Shown here piece by piece: positions 36,431 through 48,470 of a DNA stretch of 64,000 bases. The stretch comes from Lama glama (taxonomy: Eukaryota): positions 12,526,001 through 12,590,000 of the forward strand of contig CM052832.1 in NCBI GenBank assembly GCA_028534125.1, written 5' to 3'. The notes under the pieces were generated by a model that was not told the DNA's origin, ran no database searches, and saw only the letters and a program-made list of their open reading frames with translations. The position numbers and the translations under genes are program-made. Each line of letters starts with the position of its first letter. The first letter of the stretch is position 1.

Positions 36431-37429
36431 TAATCAGCCTCAGTTAAAGAATAACTAATCAGTGTCAGTGTCCAGCTACCTGTGACTCAACTTTCTGCAT
36501 TCCAGTTTGGCCTCATCTCTAACCACAAAGAATCTCAGATCCCTGATGGTCCTGACCAGCCCCAAGAATTCTCCTTCCAAGGGCTCAAATGAAAGGGCAG
36601 TATCCTTCTAGATCTGGGTGGGCATCTTTTTTGCAGCAGGCTTTTGATCCTGGCCCCCAAAGGTCAACAAAGCATTGTCTTTCCACTGCTTCTGCATTTC
36701 CCTGCAGCTCAGCCTCTGTGGTGGTCCCAGCTGCTGAGTGACCTCCAGCTTCAGATTTCACAGCCTCTGTGATTCACCATCTCGGCAGTCTTGCTCTGTT
36801 TCCCTGTCACTGTCTCCCTGTCTCTGTCTTGCTGTCTCTGACCCTGTCCCTGACTCTCTGACCTGTCTCTCATTTCCCCTCCTCACTCCTCCTTTTTTCT
36901 CTCCGATTGTCTCTCTTAATTAGCCATATTTTGGAACCGAAGTTTTTATTATGTATTATTTATTGAATGGCTCTTCGTTTCCTGTTCTTAGTTTAAAAGG
37001 CAGATCGATAAAATGCTTTATAGTCCTTGCTTAAAACAAAACAGAGCTAAGTTAAGTTGTTCTTTGTTCATGTGGCTCTTTCTTGCTTATTTCTTTTTTC
37101 ATAGGAGGAAAAAGTTCCTCATCCCCAGTCCCTTAATTGACAAGAACACTTAATTCACTCACTGGCTCATTCATTCAGTTAATTATTCAGTAAACAGCTA
37201 TTGAGCCCAAGTTGTGTGCCAAGCACTGTGCGGGACTCAGGAGCCATGTAGATAATACAGAGCAATGTTCCTGCCCTCAAAAGGCTCCTACCTAGCTGGG
37301 AAAACTTATTTGGGCACTGAAATGTACCAGATAACGTTAGAGGTGTTTTGTCACTGTGTGACAGTGTTGGATGTGGGAAAGTCTTCCTGAGTAGAGAGCA
37401 ACTTGGGCTGAGAACTTCAAGATGAGTAG

Positions 37430-37930
37430 ATGTCTGGATTTGTGCTCACTCAGAAGCAGAACCTAAGGGAAGGAAAAGAGTGCAAGGAGTTAATTTGGGA
37501 AGCATACAAGTAGGGAGTGAGGAGAAGAGGACTGGAAGGAAAGGAGTTGAAACAGATATACCAGTAAGTAGGTTACCGCTGTGGCAGCTGGATGCACTCC
37601 CTCTGGAAACCTCTGGGAGACTGTAGTACATATCTCAGAGTTGTCCCAACTGAGTGGGGAGGGAGCTGGGGTAGTTTTACTCCCGTCAATTCCCATCAGT
37701 CGTTGGTGAGAGCCACCCTGGGAGGCACTGACTCCTCAGCACCCCTGGCCTGCTGCACATATGGCCAAGTGGGCTCTGGTGGCCAGAAGGAGGCTTCAAG
37801 CAAAGAATGCAGGTTCTGGCTGCTGGGAATCAAGCTGGCACGACCTGAAGTGGCGAGGACAAAGGGGTGCTGTGGGGCCCCAACAACATCTGTAGGTATT
37901 TGGGGAGGGGAAGGCGTACCGGAGAGGTGT
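37430..37930 (-). mobile_element. Old ERVL-class LTR (LTR40/41-like)
   Basis: cagaagcagaacctaag...gagtgcaaggagttaatttgggaag; same family as 57355-57750. Confidence 0.55.
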
Positions 37931-39168
37931 AAAGTGTGAGCAAGGGCAAAGGGTGTGGTGACCCCAGGAGCCCAAACAGAGTTTTGGATGGTTCCAAAAT
38001 TCAAGTTGAGGAAGTCTGGCTTTGCTTCACCTGGGCCTCCACTTCCTCATTTACAGAAAAGGGATACAGATACTTACCCTACACATCCAAGATGATTTGC
38101 ACAGATAGCCCTCCATCCCCACCTCCTGCAACAATTTGGACCCTGCAGAGCAGAGCCCAATTCAGCCCTTTCCTTGAATTTTTCCACCACACCTCCTGCC
38201 AGCCTCTAAGGCCCTGGATATGCAAGGCTATTTATGATGCCTTGTCGATATCTGTCTTGGTGGAGGAGCGTGGAGGGGGACGGATGGAGCCTGGGGTCCT
38301 ATCCATCAGCCACTTGGCTGCAGTCTCTAAAGAGATTTTAATTGTGAGTTCCGATTTACTCCAGTCATCAGTAGCACCCGCTCACCTCTTTACCAGTGGA
38401 GAGCCGGCCCGCAGGCCTGCTGGGGTTTGCCAAGTGGACATCTTGTAGCAATGCGGAGGAAATATTTGCTGCGGTGAAACAATGAGTTTGGTGGAAAGCA
38501 ATCGCCCTAAATCGCCCCCCTGACAGCCGGCCGGCGCTCCACTGGGGGCTCCCTACCCTGTACTCACAGCTTTCTTCCCAGAGCTCTACCCCTGCGACCT
38601 GCCCAGGGAGCAAGGATGGTGGCCTCAAATCTGAATTGGAGGGAAACTGAGGCAGGAAGCACCACTCCCCCTCTTCTGGGCCATGTGGGAGAGAAGAGAG
38701 TAGGAGAACAAGGTGGTGAGCGGTGGGGAGGCAGGGGAGAGGGAGCCCTGAGTTAGGAACACCAAGCCCACCCTGAGCAAAACGTACAGTAAGTTTTAAC
38801 CCCATTTTCAGCTGAAGATATAAAGGCTAAGGGAAGTGGGAGGGTAGCCTGAGCTCGAGCAGCAGGTTATGATGGAAGGGGCTGGAAATCGCGGGCTTTG
38901 GTCTTCTGGGATTCTGCGTAAGATTTTGTCTTTGGACTCCTCAGTATCCCTTTCTGAACACCCTTTCCTATGTCTCAAAGCTTCTTCACTCCCTTTTCAG
39001 GAAACCAGGGGCCCTTTACTCTCAGGATTTGCTCTGGGGAAATGACCTGCTTCCAAAGGCTGGGGCTTCTGAATGGGTTTAAGTGGCTCTTCTCTGAGAG
39101 GTGGCCAAGTTTTCTCCCCACCTGTGGCATAAATCTACTTGTATCCTGATAAAAGGGGAATGTCTGGT

Positions 39169-39224
39169 GGAGAGGAAGAGAAGGAGAAGGAGGAGGAGGA
39201 GGAGGAGGAGGAGGAGGAGGAAGA
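39169..39224 (+). repeat. (GAG)n/(GAA)n purine microsatellite
   Basis: gaggaagagaaggagaaggaggaggag...gaggaagag. Confidence 0.95.
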
Positions 39225-39664
39225 GATTCTTCTAGGCTGTGACGTCACCAAAATAAGGCCTTTTATTTTGCCTTCGCGGCTCAGGGCTCAGGAGCAGGTC
39301 TGGCCTCAGTGTCCTTTCTCTTTGATCAAAGCCTATTTTTGCAGAATTTATCAAACAGAAAAAAACAAAACAAAACAGAACCACTAGCCCACAAAAATCT
39401 TGTACCTATATCTATTGCCACATTGCTGGTGATAGCAAAAAACTGAAAAGCTAAATTTCCATCAATAGGAGAATGGTTGGATACATTATGGCCTAATTTT
39501 GGAATATCATACAACTGTTAAAAAGGAGGTGGCCTAATTGTTGACTTGGAAAGTTGCATGTGAGAAAATCAAGTTGCAGAGTAATATACATATTTGGATT
39601 CCATCAAAAAAATCTGTATATGTTTGTATCTGTGGGTGAGATAGGGAAAAGCACACCAAGGGGT

Positions 39665-40150
39665 CAGTTTAGGATTAGGTTCAGTTGCAAATGACAGAAA
39701 AAAAGATCAGAAAACAACAGTGTGTTAAACAGGATAGTTTCCTTCTCTCTCACTTAAAGTTCTGGAGGTAAGTGGTTCAGGGCTTGTATGGTGTTTTGAT
39801 TCCATGAAGTCATCCAGGTTCCTTCTATCCACCACATCTAACTCCCATTTTCAAGGTCACCTCATGGCCCAAGATGGATGCTTTAGCTTCAGCTATCATG
39901 TCAACATCCTAACCAACAGGAAGGAGGAAGACACCAAGAGCAGCATGCTCTCGTCCCTTAAAAGGTCATTTCCTTGAAGCTTCATATATTAATTTTGGTT
40001 ACAAACCATTCACCAGAGCCTAGTTCCGCAGCCACACCTAGCTGCAAGAGAGGCTGGGAAATGTAGTGTTCATCCCATGTCACTGTATGCCCAGCTAAAA
40101 GTCTCTGAGGAAAAGGTGTATGGGTATGGGGGAACAACTAACTGTCTCTG
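39665..40150 (-). mobile_element. Old MaLR LTR (MLT1J-like) within an L1 fragment
   Basis: ggattaggttcagttgcaaatgacag...caagatggatgct...gccacacctagctgcaagagaggctgggaaatgtagt. Confidence 0.75.
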
Positions 40151-40309
40151 CTCAGGGGAAGGAAACAACTTTATATTGATCACTTCAGGGAGGGGGCTTG
40201 GAGAATAGTCAAATATTAATTTTTACTTTTTACATCCTACACTTATTACTTGACTTATGTGAGTTACTTAAAAATGTACTGCTTCATTACTTTTGTAATT
40301 AAAAAACCC

Positions 40310-40815
40310 CTCAATTATATGTTTCTTAAAAACCTCTCCAATGGCTCTTGTTATTCTAGCATAAACTCTAAATCTCTGAGCACAGCATTCAAAGCCTCTT
40401 ACATCTGCCTGGGCCACACTTAGCAGCTTCCTTCCTCCTCCTTGCACCTTGCTATGGCCACTCTGAACCTGCCACTTTCCCCCAAGAACTCCCCACCTCT
40501 GTGACTTTGTATATTCTGCTTCCTCTTCTTAAAAATGCCCTTCCTGCTCCTCATTTCATCATTACAGCTGCCACTCAAAAGTCACTTCCTGGAAATCTTC
40601 CCTCCTTGCCCCCAGTGGTCACCCCTCTCCCTGCACCCCTGCTGCTGCCAGTCCTCTTTTAGAGCACGCACTGTGCCATCTGGTGGTTTACCTCTTCTGC
40701 ACTCACTTTCCTTATTAGACCAGGAGCTCTTCAAGGGCAGGGACTGACTGTCACCTTATGTCCCCTAGCACTCATGACAGCACCTGTTACAAAGTAGGTG
40801 TTCAATGAATGTTCC
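40310..40815 (+). mobile_element. L2 LINE 3' end
   Basis: cttaaaaacctctccaatggctc...gagctcttcaagggcagggact...agtaggtgttcaatgaatg. Confidence 0.75.
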
Positions 40816-42684
40816 CGATGCTCCCTACAAGAATGGTCTCATTTCATCTTCACACCAGCCTGTCAGGTCAGCACCATCACTCCCACTTCACAGGAGTGGG
40901 TGGCAATACTGTGCAGTGGTTATAGACCAGGAACCTGCCTGGATTCAAGTCAAAAAACTTAGGTAAATTACTTTCTAAAGCCTCAGGTTCCATATCTGTA
41001 AATCAGAGTGCATGATACCCATTGGCATACAGTAGGCACTCAATAAATGGTAGTGATTATTGACTGTCAGATGGCTGGGGTTGCAGTCGTTCTCCCTTTC
41101 TTCCTCTCTTTAGCCCTCCTCCCATCGGGTGGAGTCATGCTGCCCATGTCCTTTGCCAGCCCTGAGACCAGGTCCAAGGTGCAGGCCTGGTCAGTCCCAT
41201 CCTAACCTCCACCAGCTCTGATGTGGAAGTGGAAGAACAAGGGGAGAGGGAGGAAAGATATGTGATGTCCCTTAAGTGATCTCACACTCTCTCCAGTGCA
41301 TTCATTCTCCTGCAGCTCTTCCAAGAGTGCAACAGTCTTGTCAGAGCCTTTTTATTCCTGGCTCTGGTTCCCTCCTATCCCCAGGACCTTGAGTCACTCT
41401 CCTGGGGGTGGGGTGAGGCACTGGGGCACCCACAGTTCTCCAGAACCCTGAACAGGTGCCCAAGACCCTTACCGCATGACCCACGGTGCCAGCCAATGCC
41501 CACAGTGGCAGCTGACCCCTGCAGCCTCTGGCTAGGCAGCCCTCACCCCCATCCTTAGGCACTCATTCCTTGGTCTGCCACCCGGGGAAGAGAAATCATC
41601 CTGAACTCTGGGGAAGGGACATACAGAGGCTTCCCATGCAGAGGAGTACAGTTCTCGTCTAAGCCCGGGAACCCTGTGAATCTAGCCTGTAGATGACCCT
41701 AACCGAACTACACACACACACCCCTACACTCACACGCATACAGATGCCAGCAGTGGCCTCCCTGGGGACCCTGCAGCTTCTCCCCAGAGTCCTGTGTGAT
41801 CAATTCTCTCCCTCCCTCCCCATAATCAGAAGACTTAGGGAGACACTGGTTGCCCCTCCTTGTCTTCTGGCTTCCACTATGTCCAGAATCAGCACTCATT
41901 TGGTGACACCTTCTGTACTGAGTCAGGTGGCATTCAGCAAACTGCTGAATCAGGCCCAACTTTGGTCGCCACTCCCCCCACAGCCACACCCTCACCCCAA
42001 ACAATCATGAGTAGAAGCATCTGGGCGGCAGGAGGTCTGGGAGAGAGCAGAGGATTTTGGAAGGATTCCCGGTGCCTCTTCTCAGGTAATGGTGGGCTCT
42101 GCGGCTGAGTGCTGGGAGGGCAGGATGGGCTTCATTCTCTTACCTGAGTGTAAGAAGGGGGCCACTGGGTGGAGGGAAGTGACCCTTTACTGGGCTGACC
42201 ATGTGACTTCAGGGTTCTGTGTTCTGGAGCCCTGGCTGCCACACCTCACCCTCTTTGTCCCTTGTTTTCCTGCTTCTGCGACTCTGTCCTTACAGCCAAG
42301 TCCTGACTGTCCTCTGGTCTCTCCTCCCTCAGAGGGGTGGGATTGGGGTAAGTGTGGAAACCTCAGCGTCCTTTACCAGAAAGAGGCCTCCTGAAGGCCA
42401 GACCCTGCGTCCTCCAGTGGATGGGGGACTGGCAAAAGCTGGCAGAGGACAACTCCTCCTGTCACACTGGGCACTAGTTCCTGGAGGATGGACCCTGCCT
42501 CCCCCGTGAGACTGGGCACCCAGCTCGGCCTCAGGGGGGCACGCAACCATGTTGGGGTGGTTGGGCAAGAGAGGCAAGAAAAGACCCTGAGTCTCTGCCC
42601 TTTGGCCCCGCCCCAAATTGCCTCCTTCACCTTTCCCAGGTTGTGTTTACCTTGGCCTCCTCCTCCTGCCCTGCTCTCCCAGCC

Positions 42685-42830
42685 GATCTGATTGCTGTAA
42701 TTAGTTAATCAGTAACTGGCATAATTTCCCCCTGATTAATGCAGGAATAATCACCCGCCAGGGCTGCCAGCAATTTGCTTATCAGAGTCACTTTGAAACA
42801 GCTTTGAAAATGAACGATTGGCACCTTCCT
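42685..42830. promoter_or_regulatory. Candidate enhancer (homeodomain and TCF motif cluster)
   Basis: TAATTA 42698-42703, further TAAT/ATTA cores, CTTTGAA at 42791-42797 and 42802-42808. Confidence 0.5.
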
Positions 42831-42949
42831 TGGGGTTAAAATTAGAGCCAGAGGAAGCCACCCTCTGCCTTGGGCTTCTGGGAGGTTGGGAGGGGCCAGC
42901 AGGGGAGCCCCCCGCCCTCTCCCTGTGTCTGGGCCTGGGGCGTCCTGGG

Positions 42950-43310
42950 GGCTGTAGAGCAGACGTCCAGTCCCGCTGGTCTCCCGGCCTCCCGGGACCC
43001 TCAGTAGTCCAGGTCCTCGGGCTGCTTCCCCCGGCTCACCTCACGTTAGCACTGGGCTCAGCTGCGCCCCAGGCAGCCCGCGGCCTCGGGAGCCAGCGTG
43101 CCGCCAAAGTTCCCGCGGCGTGCGGCTCCGCAAAGGTTTGCTGAACGGATGGAGGAGAGATGCTGTTCCCGCCTCCTGTGTGCCCGTACACGGGGCTCCC
43201 AGGGACGCGGGGAGGCAGGGCACATGCACTGGCTCGCATCATTTACGGCCACTTGCTCATTTCAAGGGCGTTGGCTGTACTGCGGGGCCTCTGGCCTCGG
43301 GATGGAGCTA
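42950..43310. promoter_or_regulatory. Small CpG island
   Basis: Highest CpG density seen in the window (gcagcccgcggcctcggg, cccgcggcgtgcggctccgc, gggacgcggg). Confidence 0.7.
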
Positions 43311-43889
43311 GGGGTGGAGACCAGGAAGGGCAGTCGGTCCAAGAGTAGGAGGCTGTGGTTAAGGGCACGGGACAGGGTGGTAGGGCAGCGGGAGGGGCCT
43401 GCTCTAGGTGATAATAGTAATAGCAGCAATAGCAAACCACAGCCGTCCTGCCCTTTTCTGGAGTACAGGAGTTGTACTGGTTTTTCTACTTACATTATCT
43501 CACCTAATCCTTATGAGATAGTAATAAACACTTAACGCACTTAATGAGCATGTACTATGTACCATTTCTGCTTCCTTATTTTTATAATTTTACTTTTAAT
43601 TATGGCAATTTCCAAACATAGAGAATTGTAATAATGAACTCCTTTGTATGCAACACCCAGGCTCTACAACTGATCAGTATTTTTCTAATTTTGTTTTCTC
43701 TATTCCACCCTCTCTTCTTGTGCTTGTTGTTCAAGTATCTTGAAACCAATCCCAGACATTACATAATTTAACCAGCAAAATGAGATGCAGATAATGAGAA
43801 CATCTTATTATCCTCATAGGGTTGTTGAAGGATTTAAGGAGGCCATGCGGTCTCAGGTCTTAGGATACACATGCACTCAATAGATACAG

Positions 43890-43890
<1 letters not shown>

Positions 43891-43933
<43 letters not shown>
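43891..43933 (+). repeat. (TTA)n microsatellite at a MIR 3' end
   Basis: About 14 perfect TTA units. Confidence 0.95.
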
Positions 43934-43934
<1 letters not shown>

Positions 43935-43954
43935 GAAGTGGGGGGTGTTCAAAT

Positions 43955-44085
43955 CTTTTTTAAAAATTCCTTTTCATATTCTTTTTTCATTATAGGCTCT
44001 TACAAGGTATTGAATACAGTTCCCTGTGCTATACCGTGGACCTTGCTGTTTATCTATTTCTTATATAGTAGTTATTATCTGCAAA
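43955..44085 (-). mobile_element. Short camelid/artiodactyl-type L1 3' fragment
   Basis: tacaaggtattgaatacagttccctgtgctatac...ccttgctgtttatctattt. Confidence 0.85.
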
Positions 44086-45079
44086 TGTTGTCTAAATCTG
44101 TGGAGTCTAGATGAGAAGCAAAAGACAGAGCCAGGGGTGTGAGAGCCTCCAGGTGCTGGTGCTGGGGTCACTCAGGTCTTGTGGGTGTGGGGCAGGAGAG
44201 GCTGGTGTGATGGTTATTAACATTTCCTGTGTCATCTATGGAGCTGCAATTGGAGACTGAGAGAATGATCATGGGGGATGTTGCGGCCTTACAGCCGAGC
44301 TATGGCCCCCATGTGTGTTTCATTTGGCTCATCAGGTACACACCTCTCTCTCCAGCTCTCCTCCAGTGGGGCAGGCCAGTAATCAGGGGCACTGGAGGAC
44401 TGGTTCCAACTCTCTAGGAAGAGGGCATCACAGAATGAAATCAGGGGACATCTAGGCCGTCCCTAGAGTATCTTTGTGTGCTGGGGGTGCTCTGTTGTTG
44501 GATTTGCTCCCAGGTGCACTCTTGGGTAATGAGGGATATGAGAAAGAGGTGGTGGAAGCCACTGCCCCTGGTTGCTAGGGGCCCACAGCCTGGATGGAGC
44601 GCAGTGAGTTGTGCCAGGATCTATAACAAGACACGCACTATCACCACATGGTGGGGTGTGATTGTCCAAGTCAGTTCCCAGGCCTGGGCTGCTGGGGCCC
44701 TGACCCTGAGCAGGTGGATATCCCTGTGTGCATGTGTGCACATTGGACTCATGCTCCTGACTTGTAAATGCGCTGTCCTGTGCACACATTGTCAAGGCAC
44801 ACCTGTCACGGAGCTTTTGTCAGAGTGAGAAATGATGTTACTTTAGAAACATTTCTCTGTCGAATAGGTGAGGCTATATGATGAGCTTCATTTAAAAAAT
44901 AATTTAAACACCACAAAAGAATTTTAAAATGGGTGGCGTTATTTTGAAAGAACCAAGCTGTTTTTTGTTCTAGGGCAGCTGCCATTGGCCAGTTTGCAGA
45001 GAGTACCGGTAAATAATCCAATGGATCAGGCATGGAGCGGGTATTTGTATTTCTGAAGGTGAGGCTACTCGCCCCTCAT

Positions 45080-46070
45080 CCAACAGTGTCACCGTGGGCA
45101 GGTCCCACTTTCTGTGGGCTGGTTTGTCTATCCCCTTTGCACAACATTGACACTTGGTATCCACCTACTTCCTTTTTGGAACTCACTCTCTCCATTTTGC
45201 TGACACTGAACTCATACACTTCTGCTCCTACCTCTTTGGCAGCTCCTCTTCTCCTCCTCCACTCACTCCACCCTCTGTCCTCCCCTCAGATTCAGGCAGC
45301 CCTCCTGAGATGCCATCCCCAGCAAAGTTCAATTCTGGTATCATGTGCCCTGCCCCGCCCTATGATCTCTTCAGTCCTCTTGTCTTCAACTCCTTTATTG
45401 CCACTAAACAGACTCCCAAATATATTCCTATCCCTTGTCTTGATCCTTCTCCAAGGACGCTTGCCGGCAGTTCCCCTTGTGTACTGGATGCTTCCACTAG
45501 GCTCTCATGCTGGAACCTCAAATTCAATTTGTCTGTATCAGTTTATCAGAATCTTCTTCTGTAAATTAGATTATCCTCTGCAAATCCTAAACCCTTAGCT
45601 GATACCACAGCCTCTTCAGTCCCTTTGTCCAGAAACTTGGGAGTCACACCCAGCCCCCGCCATGACCCTGTGGATCCAGAGGGTTCCACCCTGAATAAAT
45701 CTTCCTTCTACCCGCTCCTCACCATCCCTACTTTCGGCCCCCGACTGGAACCTCAGCCCCCTCATGGGGACTCATTGCCTTCCATCCTGCTCTATCTTCC
45801 ACCATCCCTCCAAATCCTAACCAGAGCATAAAGTCCAGACTACTCAGGAAGGCACGTGTGAGCTCTCCATGGTTGGTCCCAACCAACTCCTTCCCCTTCA
45901 TCTCTCTTCTTCACTTCCCTCTCCCTGAACCCTCTGTGCAAGCGTTACCTTGGATGGGGCAGCTTCCTCAGAAGACATCCGACTTTTGCATACATTTGTC
46001 CCTCCCCCAGGAAGGCCCTTGCCTGTCCCATCCCTGATTTCTACCTGTTTGATTCCTACTCACTTTATTT
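45080..46070 (+). mobile_element. Degenerate L2 LINE
   Basis: Pyrimidine-rich L2-like sequence (cttcctttttggaactcactctc, aacctcaaattcaa, ccagaaacttgggagtca); continues at ~46470-46735. Confidence 0.65.
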
Positions 46071-46074
46071 GTTA

Positions 46075-46460
46075 GCATTAGGTTCAGCGCAAATCACAGG
46101 GAACTCAAGTAATAGTGACTTAAACAAGACAGATGTTATTTCTCTTTCATGTAGAAGCCCAGATGGAGCTCAGGGACCCAGACTCATTCCAGTTTATGAA
46201 CTTGTCATCTCTAGACTGTGGTTTACATCCTCATGATCCAAGACCACAGCTAGAGTTCCACCTCTGTGTTCTAGGCAGCAAAGAGGACAGTGGCATGAGT
46301 GACTGCTTTTTAGGAAGGCTACCAGGGGTAACATACAGCATTTCCACTTATCTCCCTTTGGCCAGCTGCAAAATAGGATGGGAAATTTTGTCTTTATCTT
46401 GAGTCATGTACCCGGCTAAAAATCTGGTTTAGAAGAAGGAAGAGAGGAACATCTAGAAGT
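46075..46460 (-). mobile_element. Old MaLR LTR (MLT1J-like) nested in L2
   Basis: cattaggttcagc...atagtgacttaaacaagacaga...cagctgcaaaataggatgggaaat. Confidence 0.6.
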
Positions 46461-47444
46461 TTCTGATGTTATCTCACAGAGACCCATTTAAATGCCTCTC
46501 CCTTCAAGTGCCTGCTCAGAGCCCCACATGGAATTAACCACTTCTTCCTGGTCCCTTATGTACAGTACTTACCAGAAATTCTTTTTCCTGTCTATTTCAG
46601 TCAGTTCTGAAGGTGGGCTTCCCTCCCAGACTGTGAGCTCCTGGGGGCAGGGGCAGTGTCTTCTACAAACTTGAGCCTCCTTATAGCCTGCTGCAAGTGG
46701 GACAGAGAAGGTGCTCAGTGAGTGTGTGTTGACCAAATTGAGCCCTTGAGCATCTCAGGTCCTTCCTCCTTGGGGACCAATGACATTGCTTTGGAGGCGC
46801 CTGGTCATTGTTGGGATCGCAGCCCATAGCTGGTGCACATGTGGCTGTGGTTTGTTTACTTTTATGTAACAGTGCTTCACTGAGGTATAGCTTACATATC
46901 ATAAGTGCTCTAATCTTAAGTCTAAGTCAATAATTTTGAGTAATGTAACCGTCACTCAGAGCAAGAGAGAGAATGTTTCCAATACTTCAGAAGACACTGT
47001 TGTGCCCCTCCCTAGAAATAGCACTTGCAGAAGTAAACATTGTTTGGATTTTGTTTGCGGCCGTGGGTTTTTTGATGCTTGTATTAACTTCAGCAATAAC
47101 TGGCTGCTTGAAGAAAGTAGGAGCCTGGGCTGGGCAGCATCTGTCTCTCTGGCTCTAAGTCTTCTCCTGCCTCTCTATGTGCCAGTCACACTAGTGTTTA
47201 AGTTTCTTGAACTCACTCAGCTGTCTCTGGCCCCAGGACCTTTGCACACAACATTTCATCTTCCTGGAGTACTTTTCCTCCCCATGTAGCTGATCTAATT
47301 ATTCTTTGACATTCAGGTCTCAGCTCAAACATCATCGCTCCATGAGGCTGTCCTACCTCACTCAGCCTGGGTTTTGCCCTCCCATAGCATCTTATACTTT
47401 TTCTTTTGTAAAAGTCATCACTTTTCTAACTCTTTAAATCCTTC

Positions 47445-47942
47445 TGTGGCAGACACACCCTAAGATGACCTCTTGATGAGTCATGCCCCTTGAGTGTGGG
47501 TGAGACCTTTGATTTGCTTGTAATCAACAGACTAGCTCAAGGGTTACAGGATGGTGCAGTCCCAAATCAACTGAATTTGAGTTAATCAAAAGGAGGTTAT
47601 CCTGGGTTGGCTTTACTTAATTAGATTAAAACCCTTAAAAAGGGGACTGGAGGCCTCCTTGAGGTCAGAGACTCTCCTGTTGGACTCAAAGAAGCAAAGT
47701 CACCTTGAGTTTCACCTCAACAAGGAAATGAATTTGACTTGAGGGAGTTTGGAGACAGATCTTTCTCCAGCCAAGCCTCTGATAAGAATGCAGCCCAACT
47801 GACACCTTGATGTAGCCTGTGGGACTGTGAGCAGAGGACCTAGATAAGCCATGCCTAGTCTCCGAACCCAGATAAGAAATGTGTGTTGTTTTAAGCTTCT
47901 AAGTTTGGGATAATTTGTTACACAATAATAGATAACCAATAC
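47445..47942 (+). mobile_element. MaLR solo LTR (MLT1E/F-like)
   Basis: tgtggcagac...ctgacaccttgatgtagcctgtgggac...gttgttttaagcttctaagtttgggataatttgttacaca...taaccaatac. Confidence 0.85.
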
Positions 47943-48039
47943 TTCTGCCTCTACCTCTTGTGTGTGTAGATATCCCTCGCCTCCAGTAATGGAGGTTCCC
48001 AAACCTTTCTTCTCCCCTAGCACAGTGACTCCAGAGGGC

Positions 48040-48470
48040 TATCAGTCAGAGTCCAAACAAGAAAGCAGAAACCACTCTAGATGTTTCAAACAGGAAGAAC
48101 TCGATACAGGGGATTAGTTTTACCTGCGGTGGAAGAACAGAGAAGCTGAATAAGGGATGGCAAAGTGACTCAGTGATTAGTGACAGCAGTGAAACTTCTA
48201 TTACCTTTAGTTTGTAAAGACAAATGGAGGAGGTTATTCCCAGGCCCCAAAGAACCACCATTGCCCTTTTGGGCAGACATTGCAGCCATAAAGGAGAATC
48301 AGCAGCTGCTAAGGACGCTAACCAAGGCACAGAGTAGGAGGGCACAAATACCATGGCTTTCCCTGCTTCTTGCCTTCCAACCTCTCACCAGTGCCTCCCA
48401 TTGGCCAGACCCAGCAGGAAACCAGTTAGCATAGAGCCTGATAAATGTAGCCTGCAGCCCTGTTATAGAA
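48040..48470 (-). mobile_element. ERVL LTR (LTR33-like)
   Basis: tatcagtcagagtccaaacaagaaagcagaaaccactcta...cagtgcctcccattggccagacccagc. Confidence 0.55.

Noticed and set aside
38510..38552. Two CTCF-like G/C runs
   Set aside because: One has an extra G and the other is one base short; both align poorly to the core
39139..39387. Poly-Glu ORF
   Set aside because: Product of the (GAG)n microsatellite
44732..44790. Hairpin atgtgtgcaca...tgtgcacacat as a possible miRNA
   Set aside because: Stem is only ~15 bp and built from low-complexity alternating purine-pyrimidine sequence
45032..45598. 188-aa hydrophobic ORF
   Set aside because: Lies in pyrimidine-rich degenerate L2; the Leu/Ser/Pro bias is compositional and no domain is recognisable
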